From assembly GCA_910592345.1 (NCBI GenBank), contig CAJVPI010000048.1, positions 47,551 through 67,550 of the forward strand: a stretch of 20,000 nucleotides of DNA, given 5' to 3'. Origin of the DNA: Paraglomus brasilianum. Lineage: Eukaryota. Below, piece by piece: positions 19,188 to 20,000 of the stretch. Both the position numbers and the translations under genes were made by a program. The first letter of the stretch is position 1; every line of letters begins with the position of its first letter. The notes beneath the pieces were generated by a model. It was given only the letters and a program-made list of their open reading frames with translations, was not told the origin of the DNA and made no database searches.

Positions 19188-19301
19188 ATATATTTATTAT
19201 TTAAGTCAATAATATTTTGCTAATGCGGATTAATTTCGCTTGAACCTTTGTTAATACTGTGTGATTACAGATTTTTCTTTTCTATCCCGATATAAGAATT
19301 A

Positions 19302-19703
19302 CTATTTAACTAATTCTTTTTTTGGCAGAGAATTGGATTTCCCTTGGGAAGCAGAAAGTAGTAATTTGTAGAGATTTTTTTGGTTAACTTGGAAATCATT
19401 TTCTAAGTAGGGATAGCGAATAATGATGACAAAATTACAATGTAAATGATTATCGCTTATTTGGCAACTATCACTGTTTTTTTTTAAATATGAGATTAAC
19501 ATATCCCTTACTTGTCTTTTAAAACGATTGCGGTCAACTGCCTTTTTGATTAATTTTTTCGGAGTGCTAATGCCAAATTGGCAATTATTAAAATTATTTG
19601 CTACTGAAAAGACAACAAAACTAGGATTGACTATTTTTTGTCCTTTCATAATTATTTCTTGGAACTGTCAATTTTTTCGCAGACGGTAAGGTCTTCACAA
19701 CAT
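19302..19703 (-). CDS. rnpA: Ribonuclease P protein component, 133 aa
   Basis: Extends to ATG 19703 via TGA=Trp: MLWRPYRLRKNWQFQEII...FGIS.PKK..KKAVDRNRFKRQVR (RNR motif). Confidence 0.93.
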
Positions 19704-19843
19704 CGGTCTTATATATTAATATTATTTACCGTATTTTGTGTTAGGATGGTTTTATTAGTAATTTAAAGGAAGATTTAATTATTAGGGAAGGCATTTAATT
19801 TTTCTTGTTCCTTATCAACCATTCTTGCTGAAATTTTAGGGAT

Positions 19844-20000
19844 TTATTTTTTAGATTTTTTATTTGGTCGTTTTTTCAACAACACCAAGCCGCCAATAAC
19901 TAAAATACTAATTAAACCAATAATATTACATTTTACGAAATTAATTTCCGCTTTTTTTAATTTATTCAAAATCTTCTTTTTTTAAATCACTTAATTCATT
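19844..20000 (-). pseudogene. 3' end of a probably disrupted tail-anchored protein gene entering from outside the window
   Basis: ...NIIGLISILVIGGLVLLKKRPNKKSKK* (TAA 19846-19844). All three minus frames contain TAA within about 45 nt of the window edge. Confidence 0.4.

Noticed and set aside
1..20000. CRISPR array, tRNA/rRNA, IS element or prophage
   Set aside because: No regularly spaced direct repeats, cloverleaf or rRNA signatures, transposase, integrase or phage structural motifs seen. The giant coiled-coil protein lacks SMC Walker motifs and has no tape-measure gene context.

Overview
AT-rich bacterial DNA that uses genetic code 4 (TGA = Trp). Most supplied ORFs are fragments cut at TGA, and they join into full genes when TGA is read as Trp. 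This indicates a Mollicute; the protein style suggests (inference only) a Mollicutes-related endobacterium of fungi, 'Ca. Moeniiplasma'-like. Gene content: a nonsense-interrupted AlwI-like restriction endonuclease, mpg, dnaE flanked by two related small membrane genes, rnhB, further small membrane genes, a stand-alone ABC-type transmembrane protein, a tail-anchored protein, a Nudix gene next to mutM, rpmI and rnpA. The main discovery is one hidden 8.8-kb reading frame (15169->6377, minus strand, about 2930 aa). It encodes a giant coiled-coil protein with a complete eukaryote-type C48 (Ulp1/SENP8-like) protease domain, Cys/His motifs, Trp-rich repeats and a C-terminal membrane anchor. An (AG)10 tract at codons 34-40 could act as an ON/OFF phase-variation switch. 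All family calls come from motif recognition by eye, not from database searches.
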